A stretch of DNA of 63,809 nucleotides, the filler included, from Craspedostauros australis (Eukaryota), in NCBI GenBank assembly GCA_030167865.1. It is 11 parts of 11 records of this genome, joined end to end, with 100 filler letters (N's around TTAATTAATTAA, not from the genome) between each part and the next. Parts side by side here need not be neighbours in the genome. Positions count along the whole stretch, not along the records: positions 1 to 27,198 come from JALAGF010003866.1; 10 more parts are not named here. The stretch is one strand, 5' to 3'. The position numbers and the translations under genes were made by a program. Numbering within the stretch: position 1 is the stretch's first letter; each line of letters begins with the position of its first letter. Positions 1 to 10,613 of the stretch are shown one piece after another. The notes below the pieces were generated by a model. The model ran no database searches, had not been told where the DNA came from, and was given only the letters and a program-made list of their open reading frames with translations.

Positions 1-2405
1 GGCTGATGCAGTCGTCGCATCCTTGTTTCGGTACACATCGGTGCGCTCTGGTGAAAGCAACAGATGCAACGGATGTCGCATCGGCTCCCGTTCATGTGCT
101 TGTCTCCCATTCGCCTTCCATCCTTCTCAAAGCATCGTCCTTCTTATCGCTTATCCTCGTCGTTGTCCATCTCGTACTCTCGCCTTTTGCCTTTTGCCTT
201 CGGTGAAGATGAATCGATCAAATACCGACAAGAATGAACGAAGCATGAAGATGGCGTTGCTGGCGGGATGGTTTGGTCAGGTCGGGCGTTGACCCGATCT
301 GATTTGATCTTCGTGTGGTTGGGAAGGTGTGTTGTGGTTGGTTGGAATGGCGCCTTCCCAAAGCGTGCGCGTTGCGTTCGCATTCTCGTTCTGGATTGTG
401 GTGGTTCTCGTTCGTCATGGATTTCCTTGGTGTTCTTCGTTTTGTTTCGTTTTTTCTTCTGCGTTCGCGACGATCCTAGACGTGCGTTTTCCAGACTTAA
501 TATTGTGCAAATAATGTGAACACACGGCTCTTTCACCGTGTGATGGACAGATCAAAAGTGGTTTTCTGATGCTGCGAATACGGGACTAATAAAGCCTTGT
601 TAAACCACGACCATAGGCCCTTCTTTGTTTTGGTCACTATCACAGTACCGTTTCTGACCAAAGATGCCTTTACACACAGACACATGGTTTGGAACGTCTT
701 TTCATTCGTTCACGAAACATCAGCTGCACAGGACAAACAGACAAGTTGGTGTCGGACGACACGCAGACGAAGCGCGTTGCTCCTCCAACCAACCACCACA
801 ACAAGATCAACAACAACTCTGCTCAGACATCACAAAAGATCTCAACACAGACAACACAAGCAACGAGAATCCAAGGAAGGCAAGATGCCCTCATCACAGA
901 TGCAGGCCACTGTCACAATTCCACCACCAACATGATCAACACTCCGGCTTCCTCTGCAGAAGCAGCGACACCAACAGCAACGGCGCGTCTTCGTTGTATC
1001 GCTAAGATGGAACGCAGATGCCTTCATGAAGACGTTGCGTGCTGCCGTTGAATTGCGAGCGACCAACTTGGGCAGAGTCCTTGCACAAGGGCGACAAACC
1101 ATGCTCGACTCAGAGCGCGGCAACAAGATGAACGCAACAAGGTCCGTTCAGTGCCATGGCCTGCCAGGCGATGTACTGCGATGAAGCACCCCCCATGCGG
1201 TCCAATGAAGACACAAACTGTTATCCCTGTCTGAATCACTTATGATTGAGAAAATCAGCTAGTAACTTTTCATTTCTTTCCGAGGATCTCCATGTGGTGT
1301 TGATGTTCGTGGCGGTGTCGGTGATGTTGGTTGGCGCTCCGTCTCTGATGACACCACGAGCGATTGATCACGTTCCGGACTTCCCTGCTTGTTTGCTTAT
1401 GGATCTCAACTTCCATGAGTACTGCTCGAGTGCACGATCTCACCTCGTTTGTTCGTTGCATGGTTCATGGCCTCGCTTTCCGATGACACCCCATCGGCCT
1501 TCACAGTTCACTGCTCTACCCTACCAAGAGATGTCTTCTGGTGCCATTTGGATTCGAGAAGTGGCAACTTCTCACACACACCTTGGCAGAGTGAACTCTT
1601 GTGCAGTGCTATCGGCAGCACAATTGGGGTATGCCATTCGGAAACCGATGCAGGTGCTTGCCTGAAGAAGAGAATTCATCAGCATCCGGCTTCTTGAGTT
1701 GCATTGGATTGGATTGGATTGGACAGACAAGATGGTGTGGCCCTTCTACCAAGGGAGTTGCGTTGCAATTTAGCACCATCCATCAGATTTGTACTGAAGG
1801 ACGAAAGGAAACAAGGAAGGAAGGAAGGAAGGATGCCCATCATCCGCTCCTGTGCTTCGTGTTTGGTGTAAGAGCACAGCGCGTTATGCTCAAGAACAAA
1901 CGAGGCCTGGTTGTTTCTAAAAGGCATGGAGGCAAGAGGGATGCGTACGTATTATAGTTGCCACCATGGTCCTTGAAATAGCCAGTTGCGTAGGGGCACT
2001 GGAAAGCACGCGCTCCACACTGATGGTGTGGTACATCAATAGCACCCCCGTCGCGAATCAAGTCAATCAGACGCGCAGGATAGCGACAGCTACTGTCGCT
2101 GAGCTTGAGAGTAACATTTGAAATAGAAATAGAGATTGATGTGGTGACAGTGACTATGCGTCTTGCTCATCTATGATTCCTCCGCAGGGGAAGAATGGCA
2201 GCCACGCCCTCTTGTGCGAGTACGGCACATAGCGGCTGATCCGTGTGTGCGACATTGGCGTTGTTGCACATCCCGAAGCGCGGTCGCCATTGTTCGTTGA
2301 TGGTTTGGGAGATAGTCGCACAACGACAGAGATGCGGTTGCATCACTCCGACAAATCAGAAGCATCGCCAACACAACCCCGCCTTGCACAAGCACACAAG
2401 AGATC

Positions 2406-4172
2406 ATGGCTCCATCCCACCCAATCTCCACCTTCATAAGAATACTTGGTCGGTTCGGCCATCGCTATCGTTATCACTATAACTATGACTATCGTGGTCG
2501 TTATTCACCGTCCGCCGTTGGCGCTTCGTCGTCGTATCTCAGCACATGCATTCTGCAAGCCCGTCGCAACACATCCACTGCGAACGGAGTTGCCATCTTC
2601 TCCAATATCTTTCCAGAAAAGTCGGCCTCTGCTGCTGGAGTTCGAACAGTTGCGTTGATGGAGGAATTCGTCAAACATACCTCAGAGGTTCACTACGTCA
2701 CAAGCAGCAACAGCGGAAGCTTCAATAGCAGCGGCAATGCCGCACAATCCAACCATGGACCCAATCGCGACGACATCAAACGAGAGTTGGAAGAGAAAGG
2801 TATCCAGCTGCAGATGATGCCATTGAACGATTCTGCCGCGATGGATTCCTTCCTTCCGATGAGTGAAATGGAAGATGACAACGTAGCATCGGACCATCCG
2901 TCCTTTCAGTTCGCCGTATTCGATAGGTTCTACGTCGAGGAGGCATACTCGCACAGCATCCGAAAGCGCAGACCGACAACGACGCTGGTGCTGGACATGC
3001 AGGACATGCATTCGTTGCGGTGGACACGACAGCAGTACGTCAAACAGCATGCCAAAGAACATTGCGGCGATCCGCTGGCGATCGTGGAGGAGGTCATGCA
3101 ACAGTTACCCACGGTTGAGGATGACAAGCTCATCCGAGAACTTTCCAGCATCCACCGATGCGATCTTACGATGGTTTGTTCTCCAGTGGAGATGGAGCTC
3201 TTGCAGACGGAATATCAGATACCGCAGCACAAGATGTGTTTGGCGTCCTTTGTTGTCCCGCCTATCCTCGTGCCGGCCATCGGCACCAGCAGTGGGAATC
3301 ATGACGACAGCGACAGTACCAACTGCTATCAAAATGAAACATGCGCTTCCAAGGGGACAATCAATGCAATGTCAGATATGCAAGCATCCCAGCCACCCGA
3401 GTACGTCTTTTGTGGCAGCTTCTTGCATGAACCAAACAAGGATGCTGTCCATGTGCTCGTCCGAAGACTCTGGCCTCGAATAAGAGCTGAAATACCCACC
3501 GCAACGCTGCATGTATACGGTTCGTACTGTCCAGCCTCCATGATGTCGCAATACCACCGACCCGAAGCAACAGGAGTACACGTCCATGGATTTGCAGACG
3601 ATCTGTCCTCGATCTTTTCGAAAGGGCGGATTCTTCTCGCTCCGTTGCGCTTCGGTGCAGGCATCAAGGGAAAGATAATCGAGGCTTGGCATGCGGGGTT
3701 GCCGGTTGTGACGACGCCAATCGGAAGCGAGGGCATGAATCTGTCACAATCACCGTTGTCAGAATTGGAGTCAGAGTCAGAGCCAATGCCGGCAACCACG
3801 ACGTTCGGCCAACCAAAGTTCGGAGGGTACGTCGCATCGAGCTCGGCAGACTTTTGTCAAGCTGCGGTTGATTTGGCGGAAGAGCCAGCGAAGTATCGAG
3901 AAGCCGTCGACGTGGGTTGGCAGACTCTGCATGCGCACTTTTCAGGCGCTGCATCGCCACACCGGCAGGATGGAACTCAAGACGTTCCAACCGACTGGCA
4001 GCACGTATGGAGGACTATGTTGAACACCAAGGCCAATCTTGCAGGACGGCGGTCAAGTGATTTCACGCAAGCAATGCTGTGGCACAATGGTTCAAGAAGC
4101 ACCGAGTACTTCTCCAGATGGATCGAGGCCAAGCAGCGGTTGAAATCGTATGACAGCGATGGACGAGCATAA
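2406..4172 (+). CDS. Glycosyltransferase, GT4/Glyco_trans_1_4-like (GT-B fold), with possible N-terminal organellar presequence
   Basis: 588-aa ORF with FDRFYVEE, LDMQDMHSLR, RELSSIHRCDL, FCGSFLHEPNKDAV and LAPLRFGAGIKGKIIEAWHAGLPVVTTPIGSEGM, the last typical of GT4-type donor-binding domains. N-terminus is Arg/Ser-rich and acid-poor. Confidence 0.85.
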   Translation: MAPSHPISTFIRILGRFGHRYRYHYNYDYRGRYSPSAVGASSSYLSTCILQARRNTSTANGVAIFSNIFPEKSASAAGVRTVALMEEFVKHTSEVHYVTSSNSGSFNSSGNAAQSNHGPNRDDIKRELEEKGIQLQMMPLNDSAAMDSFLPMSEMEDDNVASDHPSFQFAVFDRFYVEEAYSHSIRKRRPTTTLVLDMQDMHSLRWTRQQYVKQHAKEHCGDPLAIVEEVMQQLPTVEDDKLIRELSSIHRCDLTMVCSPVEMELLQTEYQIPQHKMCLASFVVPPILVPAIGTSSGNHDDSDSTNCYQNETCASKGTINAMSDMQASQPPEYVFCGSFLHEPNKDAVHVLVRRLWPRIRAEIPTATLHVYGSYCPASMMSQYHRPEATGVHVHGFADDLSSIFSKGRILLAPLRFGAGIKGKIIEAWHAGLPVVTTPIGSEGMNLSQSPLSELESESEPMPATTTFGQPKFGGYVASSSADFCQAAVDLAEEPAKYREAVDVGWQTLHAHFSGAASPHRQDGTQDVPTDWQHVWRTMLNTKANLAGRRSSDFTQAMLWHNGSRSTEYFSRWIEAKQRLKSYDSDGRA

Positions 4173-4500
4173 CACTTTGTTCAGCACCACCAGTTCCTTC
4201 GGTGGAGAAACTAACGGAGAATGAAGAAGGGAGTTGTTTGGATGTCATCGGAATAGTAGTGCGCAGCGTCAATCACAACTATCTCCACCATCACCGTGCT
4301 GGCACAAGATTACCATACATGACAGAAGCAGTGGCAATTGCTTGCAAACGGCAGTGGCAATCATTGTTTCCAAGCAAGTTGTTGTTCTATCTAACATTTC
4401 AAACTACTCTACTGTTGGCTGAGTGGCTGTTGCTTGTTGCGTGCTGCTTGATCCACATGCGTCCTAATGATTGCACTCGCCAACGTCCTCACGGCTGCGT

Positions 4501-5427
4501 CTAACGCGCGAACAGGTGTTCGCAGATGGGGTCCATGCACATACCGAAGGCGATGAGGCCGGCGAGGAGACCGAAGAAGGTCTTGTAGTTCTTGGACTTG
4601 CCTTCGCGAATGCCGGTGTAGGCGCGTTGGCTGAGCTCGCGGATGAAGAGCAGGCCGACGCCCACCTCGACAGCGTCGGTTGCCTCCCCGACAAAGAGCT
4701 GGTATCCGATGGCGATGCAAGCAGAAATGTAGGCAGCGACGACCTCGAAGGCAGCCAGGGCGGCGAATGCCTTGGCGATGCCCAGAGGGGCCTTGAGGAG
4801 GACGCGGTAGGCCTGGATGAAGTCACTCGCGAGGAAGATGCCAAGCATGGAGAAGGCGATGAAGGCATCGAAGTTGTTGGTGTACTCCGCCTCGCATTGG
4901 AGGTTGCCGTCTGGTTGCTCATCGGCGGCCATGCAGTCCTCGTGCCCGACCGTGACGTAGACCTGTCCGGATTCGTAGTCCTCGATGGCCTCGCTGGCGA
5001 ACATCCAGTAGGTGAAGAGCTGGAAGATGATGATCATGGTGCCGACCATCCGATCGCCGGAGTTGGCGCGCTTCTGGGGATCGTCAGCGAAGATGGCCCA
5101 TGCCGTGGTGGACTCTCCGAATTCTGGATAGTCACTGTCGAGGGATTCCGCCGCCAGCGACTGCATATCGCCGCTGCGCAGGAGATCCTTGAGGCGTCCG
5201 ATCTCTTCTTGGGTGAGCTGGTTGAACATGGCCTGCGGCATCTGTTGCTGGGCTGACTGCGACACGGCCGGTGCCGTGTTGGTGGGGTACGGCGTGGAGG
5301 GCGAGTCAAGGCCGTTTCCTGCCTCCTGCGCTGGTGCAGCATTGTTCATGTTGACGTAGGAGTCGAACGCCGTATCACCTTGGCCATTCGCGGCCTGGTT
5401 CGATGTTGGTGCGTTGCTCTCGCTCAT
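4501..5427 (-). CDS. Uncharacterised multi-pass membrane protein (about 5 TM helices)
   Basis: 308-aa ORF with strong C/G third-position bias; low-complexity N-terminus, then hydrophobic segments (MVGTMIIIFQLFTYWMF, FIAFSMLGIFL, AFAALAAFEVVAAYISACIAIGY, VGVGLLFI, FFGLLAGLIAFGMC) and a two-Cys loop. Confidence 0.8.
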   Translation of the reverse strand: MSESNAPTSNQAANGQGDTAFDSYVNMNNAAPAQEAGNGLDSPSTPYPTNTAPAVSQSAQQQMPQAMFNQLTQEEIGRLKDLLRSGDMQSLAAESLDSDYPEFGESTTAWAIFADDPQKRANSGDRMVGTMIIIFQLFTYWMFASEAIEDYESGQVYVTVGHEDCMAADEQPDGNLQCEAEYTNNFDAFIAFSMLGIFLASDFIQAYRVLLKAPLGIAKAFAALAAFEVVAAYISACIAIGYQLFVGEATDAVEVGVGLLFIRELSQRAYTGIREGKSKNYKTFFGLLAGLIAFGMCMDPICEHLFAR

Positions 5428-6260
5428 CCTTCTGAAGTGTACTGATTGTTACGTAATTGTGACGTGAGGTGGATAAATGTGTTGATGGAAGTCTCTGCTG
5501 ATGATGTGTCAATTTATGCAGCTGTGGGTAACCGTTGGCAACGTTGTTGTGAATGTCCAGTGATGCTTACAGCAGAGTAGAGTCCTCTCTCTCGTGTGTG
5601 TTCTGTGTGTTGTTCTCGTTGCACCTTGCCACTTGTGCTTGCTTCTGTTGATGCTGGATCCGTGGTTATGCCCCACAACACATGCATCGAGGAAAGAAGT
5701 CGCAAGGCCATCGTTGGTGCAAGATGTTCTGGCGATGGGTTCTCCCGCGTGCGCGGAGACATCGCCAATTCATCCACCAGAAAACGTGAGGGGTCCACCC
5801 GGCGCCACGATCGTGTCCAACGTCGAGTAATTTAGCGCTAAATAATGTGGAGTGACGCTGAAGTCGTGTCTTGTAGGACAGACCTTGTTGTCAAACACGT
5901 CACGAGGTTTTTATGTCTACACTCGTTCATAGACCATACCATATCATGTAGCATCAAAAGAAGCATCTTCACAAACTTTATCTGTCGCTGCTACACAACC
6001 ACACAGAGTGCATGACGAGCTATTGGAGAGGAGTACCTACTCATGCAATTACTTTTTCTCTCTCTCTAGAGAGAGAGAGAAAGAGAGACTTCCCTTTGTC
6101 GCATTCGACTTGGATTTCTTCTTACGCAAACACCATGATCAACAATGAATACTCGTCCTTTGCACAACAGGCAGCAGTCGAAAGGCGACGAGCACCGTGC
6201 AATGGGTAACAGACAACATGTACAATATCATAGAAGGTAGGAATGAAGGACATGCCCCCA

Positions 6261-7952
6261 TCATTCTCTTCGCGACAGCGCCCTCTGAATGCGGGCCGTC
6301 CATCGCTGACAGTAGGAGTACTTGTGCATGTTCTCTGTCGCGGAGATCTGTCGCAGATTCTCGAATCGCTCGTCGGATGACGGATGCGACGCCATGATGG
6401 AATGCTTCTTCTTGTCGACCGCGGTATCGAACTCGTGCATCTTCTCAAAGGTGTGCGCGCCGTGCGAGGTGTCGTAGCAGGCCATGGCGGCGATGCGGCA
6501 GCCCAGTTCGTCGGCCTCTGTCTCATGGTGACGGGAGTAGGCGGCGTTGAGCGCCTCGCGGAGGTTGGCGAGCAAGGTGGCGATGCCCAGGCTGAGGAGG
6601 CCCTCGGTCGGGTCCATGGCGAGGAGGAAGACCTCCAGACCCCGCAGCATGAAGTTGATGGCGTTGCTCTCGGACATGTGACCCAGCAGCAGGTGGGACA
6701 GCTCGTGGCCCAGCACCATGGCCAGCTCGTCATCGTTGGCCACGAAGCATTCGAACAGCCCGACCGTGACGAAGAAGCGCTGCGGCAGCATCTCGGAGAC
6801 GAAGGCGTTGGGGATGGCGGAACCCACCAGGATGTACTGCCAGTTGTGGATGCCGTTGAGCTTCTCACCCTCGAGCCGTTGCTGCGCCGCCACCCACATC
6901 TCGACATCCTCGTCCGCATGCAGCGCCTTGATGCGCTCCCCTTGCGTCATTGCCTCGAACTGCTCGCGTGGGATCTTGAGGACGGCCGCCTGCACCGCCT
7001 TCTCCAGCTCCTCCTCCACGAGCTTTCTTCCAGCTCTGAGGATCTCGCGTCCCACATTGGCCACGCGTTTGGTGAGCTCCCTGTACTTGTGCTCGTCGCT
7101 GTTTTGAATGCTGCTCTCACCCATTCTGTTGTTGCTGGTTGCGTAGGTGATTGGCACGTCGTGGGCGTTGGTGGCGGCTGCGTCGCTCTTGTTCTTTTCT
7201 TGGGTGCTGGCTCTGCCGCTGCTACCGCTGGTCCAACCAACATCCGACATGGTCTGCCCCAACGTCCAACCGATGCGGTAGCCGAGACCATGCGCGGCGC
7301 TCCTCTTCTTCTTCTGCTCCATGAGCTCGCTCTCAATGAGCACGTCAATCTCATCCGAGCTGGAGACCCCCATCTGCAGCATGACGGTCTCGAACATGCC
7401 CTGCTGCAGCTTCTGCGGGTTGCGGATGGTGTCGACCGTGCCCTGCTGGTATCCCACACTGTAGATGGCGCCGATCAAGAAGGGGATGCGCGCCATCTTG
7501 ATGTACCAGACGATGCGCACAAAGTTGATCTTCTTTTTGGGCGGGGCTTGCACGGGTTGGCGCGGCAATGGCTTCTTGGCCGTCTGACGCAGCGTCTGCG
7601 AGTTGTACTGGCGGATCGCGCTCGAGCTGTCGAGGTGCAGTTGGGTGGAATGGAAGGAGCGCTTGCCGGTGGCTGCTGTGCTGCGAGTAGTAGTCAAGCG
7701 CATGGACACGCCAGGTTGCTGCGCGCATCTTCGCAACGATCGCAGCATGCACATGGAGTTCATCGCAGATTGGTGCGAATTCATCATTGTCACCGGCATT
7801 GCTGAAGTCATGGGAGACGCTGAGACCTTGGAAAAGGATCTTGGCATGGCAGTAGTTCTCAGCTGGGCCGCCATCATGGTGGCACTGCGATCCGCGGTGA
7901 CTCTGCCAGTGGCTGTTGCCGCCATCGACACGAAGGAACGTGAAGACAGCAT
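6261..7952 (-). CDS. OMA1: Peptidase M48, OMA1-like mitochondrial zinc metalloprotease
   Basis: 563 aa; PNAF, DDELAMVLGHELSHLLLGH (HExxH), YSRHHETEADELG, SHPSSDERF; long Arg/Ser/Thr-rich presequence-like N-terminus and a TM segment. Confidence 0.85.
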   Translation of the reverse strand: MLSSRSFVSMAATATGRVTADRSATMMAAQLRTTAMPRSFSKVSASPMTSAMPVTMMNSHQSAMNSMCMLRSLRRCAQQPGVSMRLTTTRSTAATGKRSFHSTQLHLDSSSAIRQYNSQTLRQTAKKPLPRQPVQAPPKKKINFVRIVWYIKMARIPFLIGAIYSVGYQQGTVDTIRNPQKLQQGMFETVMLQMGVSSSDEIDVLIESELMEQKKKRSAAHGLGYRIGWTLGQTMSDVGWTSGSSGRASTQEKNKSDAAATNAHDVPITYATSNNRMGESSIQNSDEHKYRELTKRVANVGREILRAGRKLVEEELEKAVQAAVLKIPREQFEAMTQGERIKALHADEDVEMWVAAQQRLEGEKLNGIHNWQYILVGSAIPNAFVSEMLPQRFFVTVGLFECFVANDDELAMVLGHELSHLLLGHMSESNAINFMLRGLEVFLLAMDPTEGLLSLGIATLLANLREALNAAYSRHHETEADELGCRIAAMACYDTSHGAHTFEKMHEFDTAVDKKKHSIMASHPSSDERFENLRQISATENMHKYSYCQRWTARIQRALSRRE

Positions 7953-9271
7953 GCTTTGCTGGTGTCCCTATCCGAAGCTCCTGCGTAGTCCAGAGCAGGG
8001 GTATAGTGGATATAGTCGATGTGGTTCTGTGAAGTGCACTCACTAGTACTCCTTTCTTCCTTCCTTCCTTTCTTCCTTCCTTCCTTCTTCCCTCCACTTC
8101 GCCTCAGCTATTGCTTCTGACGGAGTGTGAGGATCTGAGACCGTATGGGATGGTACAATGCGTATGATATAATACGTATTATGCGAGAACGAGTCTGACG
8201 GTGGAGTGCTATACGAGAAAGCTCGCACTACTATGTATCGTGTAGTGTGTGCCTGCTCAGCTGGACTCGATCCAACTCAGCTCAACTCAATTCAACTCAG
8301 CTCAACTCCACAGAGAGCGGGAGCACTCGAGTACGAGAGTATGTGCAACACCTGTGCGTATCCACAGATCATCAAGGATGATGCGACGAGCAAGTTCGTG
8401 AAACACGCCTGTGATGTGATGTCTGGACTTCACCACACACCCGTCAGCCGTGTCAGAACACTCCAGAATAGAGTGTGCTCGTCGTGTCTCTGCTCGTTCT
8501 TCGTCTCCCACTCCCTCTTGTTCGGTTGTGGTGGTAGTGTTCGCACAGTCCCCACTGCCTCAGCAACAACGAATGCAACAAAGATCGGAGAAAGCGCACA
8601 GTTTTTTCGCGTTTTTTCGCGTCGTTCCTCGAAGCAATGTTGTTGGTCTTGGTTTGCGTTTTGTTGTGTTCCCATGTCTTGATTTCGAAACGTGCGCGAA
8701 GCGTTATTGTTTGACTCGATGGAATGATATTTAGAACCAGTCGTGTATATGACTTATTCGACTGATAACAACGATTGATGCTATTTATTTCGTCATTGTG
8801 CGAATCTTCGGGAATCTGCGCCACTCCCAACCAACCCAAAACGAACAGATGACCTGGCCACAACAACGCCCTCTCTTCACGAGTGAAGGGGCATCCAATT
8901 GATGACAGCGACAGTGCTTGAACACCGAACCTCACCCTTCCTGTTGCAGGAGGAATGGGACTGTGGGCAAGCCGAGCATCGCAACCAACGACACAACCTA
9001 CATACTTGGCCAGTCAATTCTTGTGTGTAGTCCACAATCCGTCCACTCTGCTCTGCCCAACTCCATTCTTTGTCCGCCTCCACCACATCACATCACATCA
9101 CATCACATCAACTCCCTCATCCGTTCCTCACGAAGTTCGAGGAGAATACTCACAGCACTCGCAGCATCCGCAGAATCGCATTCCACAACCAAGCAAGCGC
9201 GTAGATCTCAACTGGCTCTCGCGCTTCACAGCTAATCCGAGGTAACCAGAATCCAACGAAGGACAGCCACC

Positions 9272-10010
9272 ATGGATCATGATTTCGCAGGATACATGGA
9301 CAATCTGGCCGCCGTTCAGGCGGAGGAGGCAGAGGAGCAGGCCATGCTGGAGGCACATGAGGTGGGTCTGCAAATGTCCGATGTATGGCAAATGCATTCT
9401 AGTTCTTTGCTTGTGTGATGCGGCTAGCAGGTGAACTCCCTGTCTTTCGCATGCCTTTTGTTTGCCTTTTGCGTTGCTATCTGTGTTCGAGTGCATGAGT
9501 ACACAGAACATCGTTGCTGTTGGATGCGGCATCTCGCCATTTCTTATCTCACTAATCGCTACATGCATTCAATACATGCAAATGCCAACGCACACGACCG
9601 TACGCAACACACTGCAACAGGTCTGGAAACAAACCACATGGGGCGGATGGGCCGTCGGCATCATCCAATCCTTCCAGGAACACTTCCGACCATTCCTCAG
9701 CTCGACGTTGGACCTCGTCAACGACGAAGAATCCTTGGCGCAGGTCCTGCTCTTCAATGCAATCCGCATGCTCTGTCTCTTCATCCTCATTGGCGTGATC
9801 TACATGCTGGCCAACGTCTTTCAGCGGTTCATCGGGACGGAGTACATCGTCGAGGAGGAAGTAGTCATTGTGCATGAGCACAAGTCAGAAGCGGAGGCCA
9901 AGCAGGTTCTGGACAGCGGGAAGGGAACCGTGGTACCACCGCAAAAGGATGAGGCGTCAGCCTCAACGGAGGGTATTCGAAAGAGAGGGAAGAAGTCGAA
10001 GAGTTCATGA
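9272..10010 (+). CDS. Small membrane protein, two exons (9272-9361, 9621-10010)
   Basis: ATG 9272 (MDHDFAGYMDNLAAVQAEEAEEQAMLEAHE), phase-0 intron GTGGGT(9362)...CAG(9620) with CTAAT branch-like site; exon 2 is in frame with ORF 9462..10010 and contains a TM segment (MLCLFILIGVIYMLANVF) and a Lys-rich tail. Confidence 0.7.
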
Positions 10011-10613
10011 TGTGGCGTATCGTTGCAATTCGTTGCATGGCCAGTGATTGTACAGTATGGCATGGCACGGTATGAAAGGAAAGCAAAGGAAAGGAAAGGA
10101 ACGAATTGTGATGACGCAGTGTCGAACAATGGTGTCCTGGCGGCAGGATATGCAATGGCAGTGAATGATCACGGGATTCATCGCACAAGCAGCGAGGACG
10201 TGCTTCATCCTGCAGTGGTGGAAGAGTCCATCAATTCTGCATATCAAGCGCACGCAGTGTTGAGATGCGGTATCCATTCCTGAACAGCCTTGGATCCGAC
10301 CATTCGCACAATGACCGATTGCGGGCTTGGACAGTGCGCAATGCAACAAAGCACTGCCGAATTGGAAAAGAGCCGACACAGTTTCGGCGCAAAAGTATGA
10401 TCCTGTCCAATGCAATGCAACGCAAACATGGATGGACGGATGTAATGGGCAAGGTGAAGCATCCTCTTACGGCATGAACTCGATCCAATGTTCAACCTTA
10501 CGCTCAGATCAATGTTATCTTGTGATACTCTTATATACACACTGTGCTTCCCACTTCCAACGCGCATACTATTATACCATACGTACGAGCACGATTGGTA
10601 ACAGGTGTCATGT

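Noticed and set aside
597..1957. Overlapping short ORFs as a gene or pseudogene
   Set aside because: No recognisable domain, consistent frame or splice model; cannot be supported.
2082..2100. Perfect 8-bp hairpin AGCGACAG-CTA-CTGTCGCT
   Set aside because: Isolated, no Helitron-type CTRR end or other context; expected by chance in 64 kb.
6384..7805. Long antisense ORFs (also 4471-5256, 16767-18209, 43643-44454, 57920-59017)
   Set aside because: Shadows of codon-biased genes on the opposite strand; no independent motifs.
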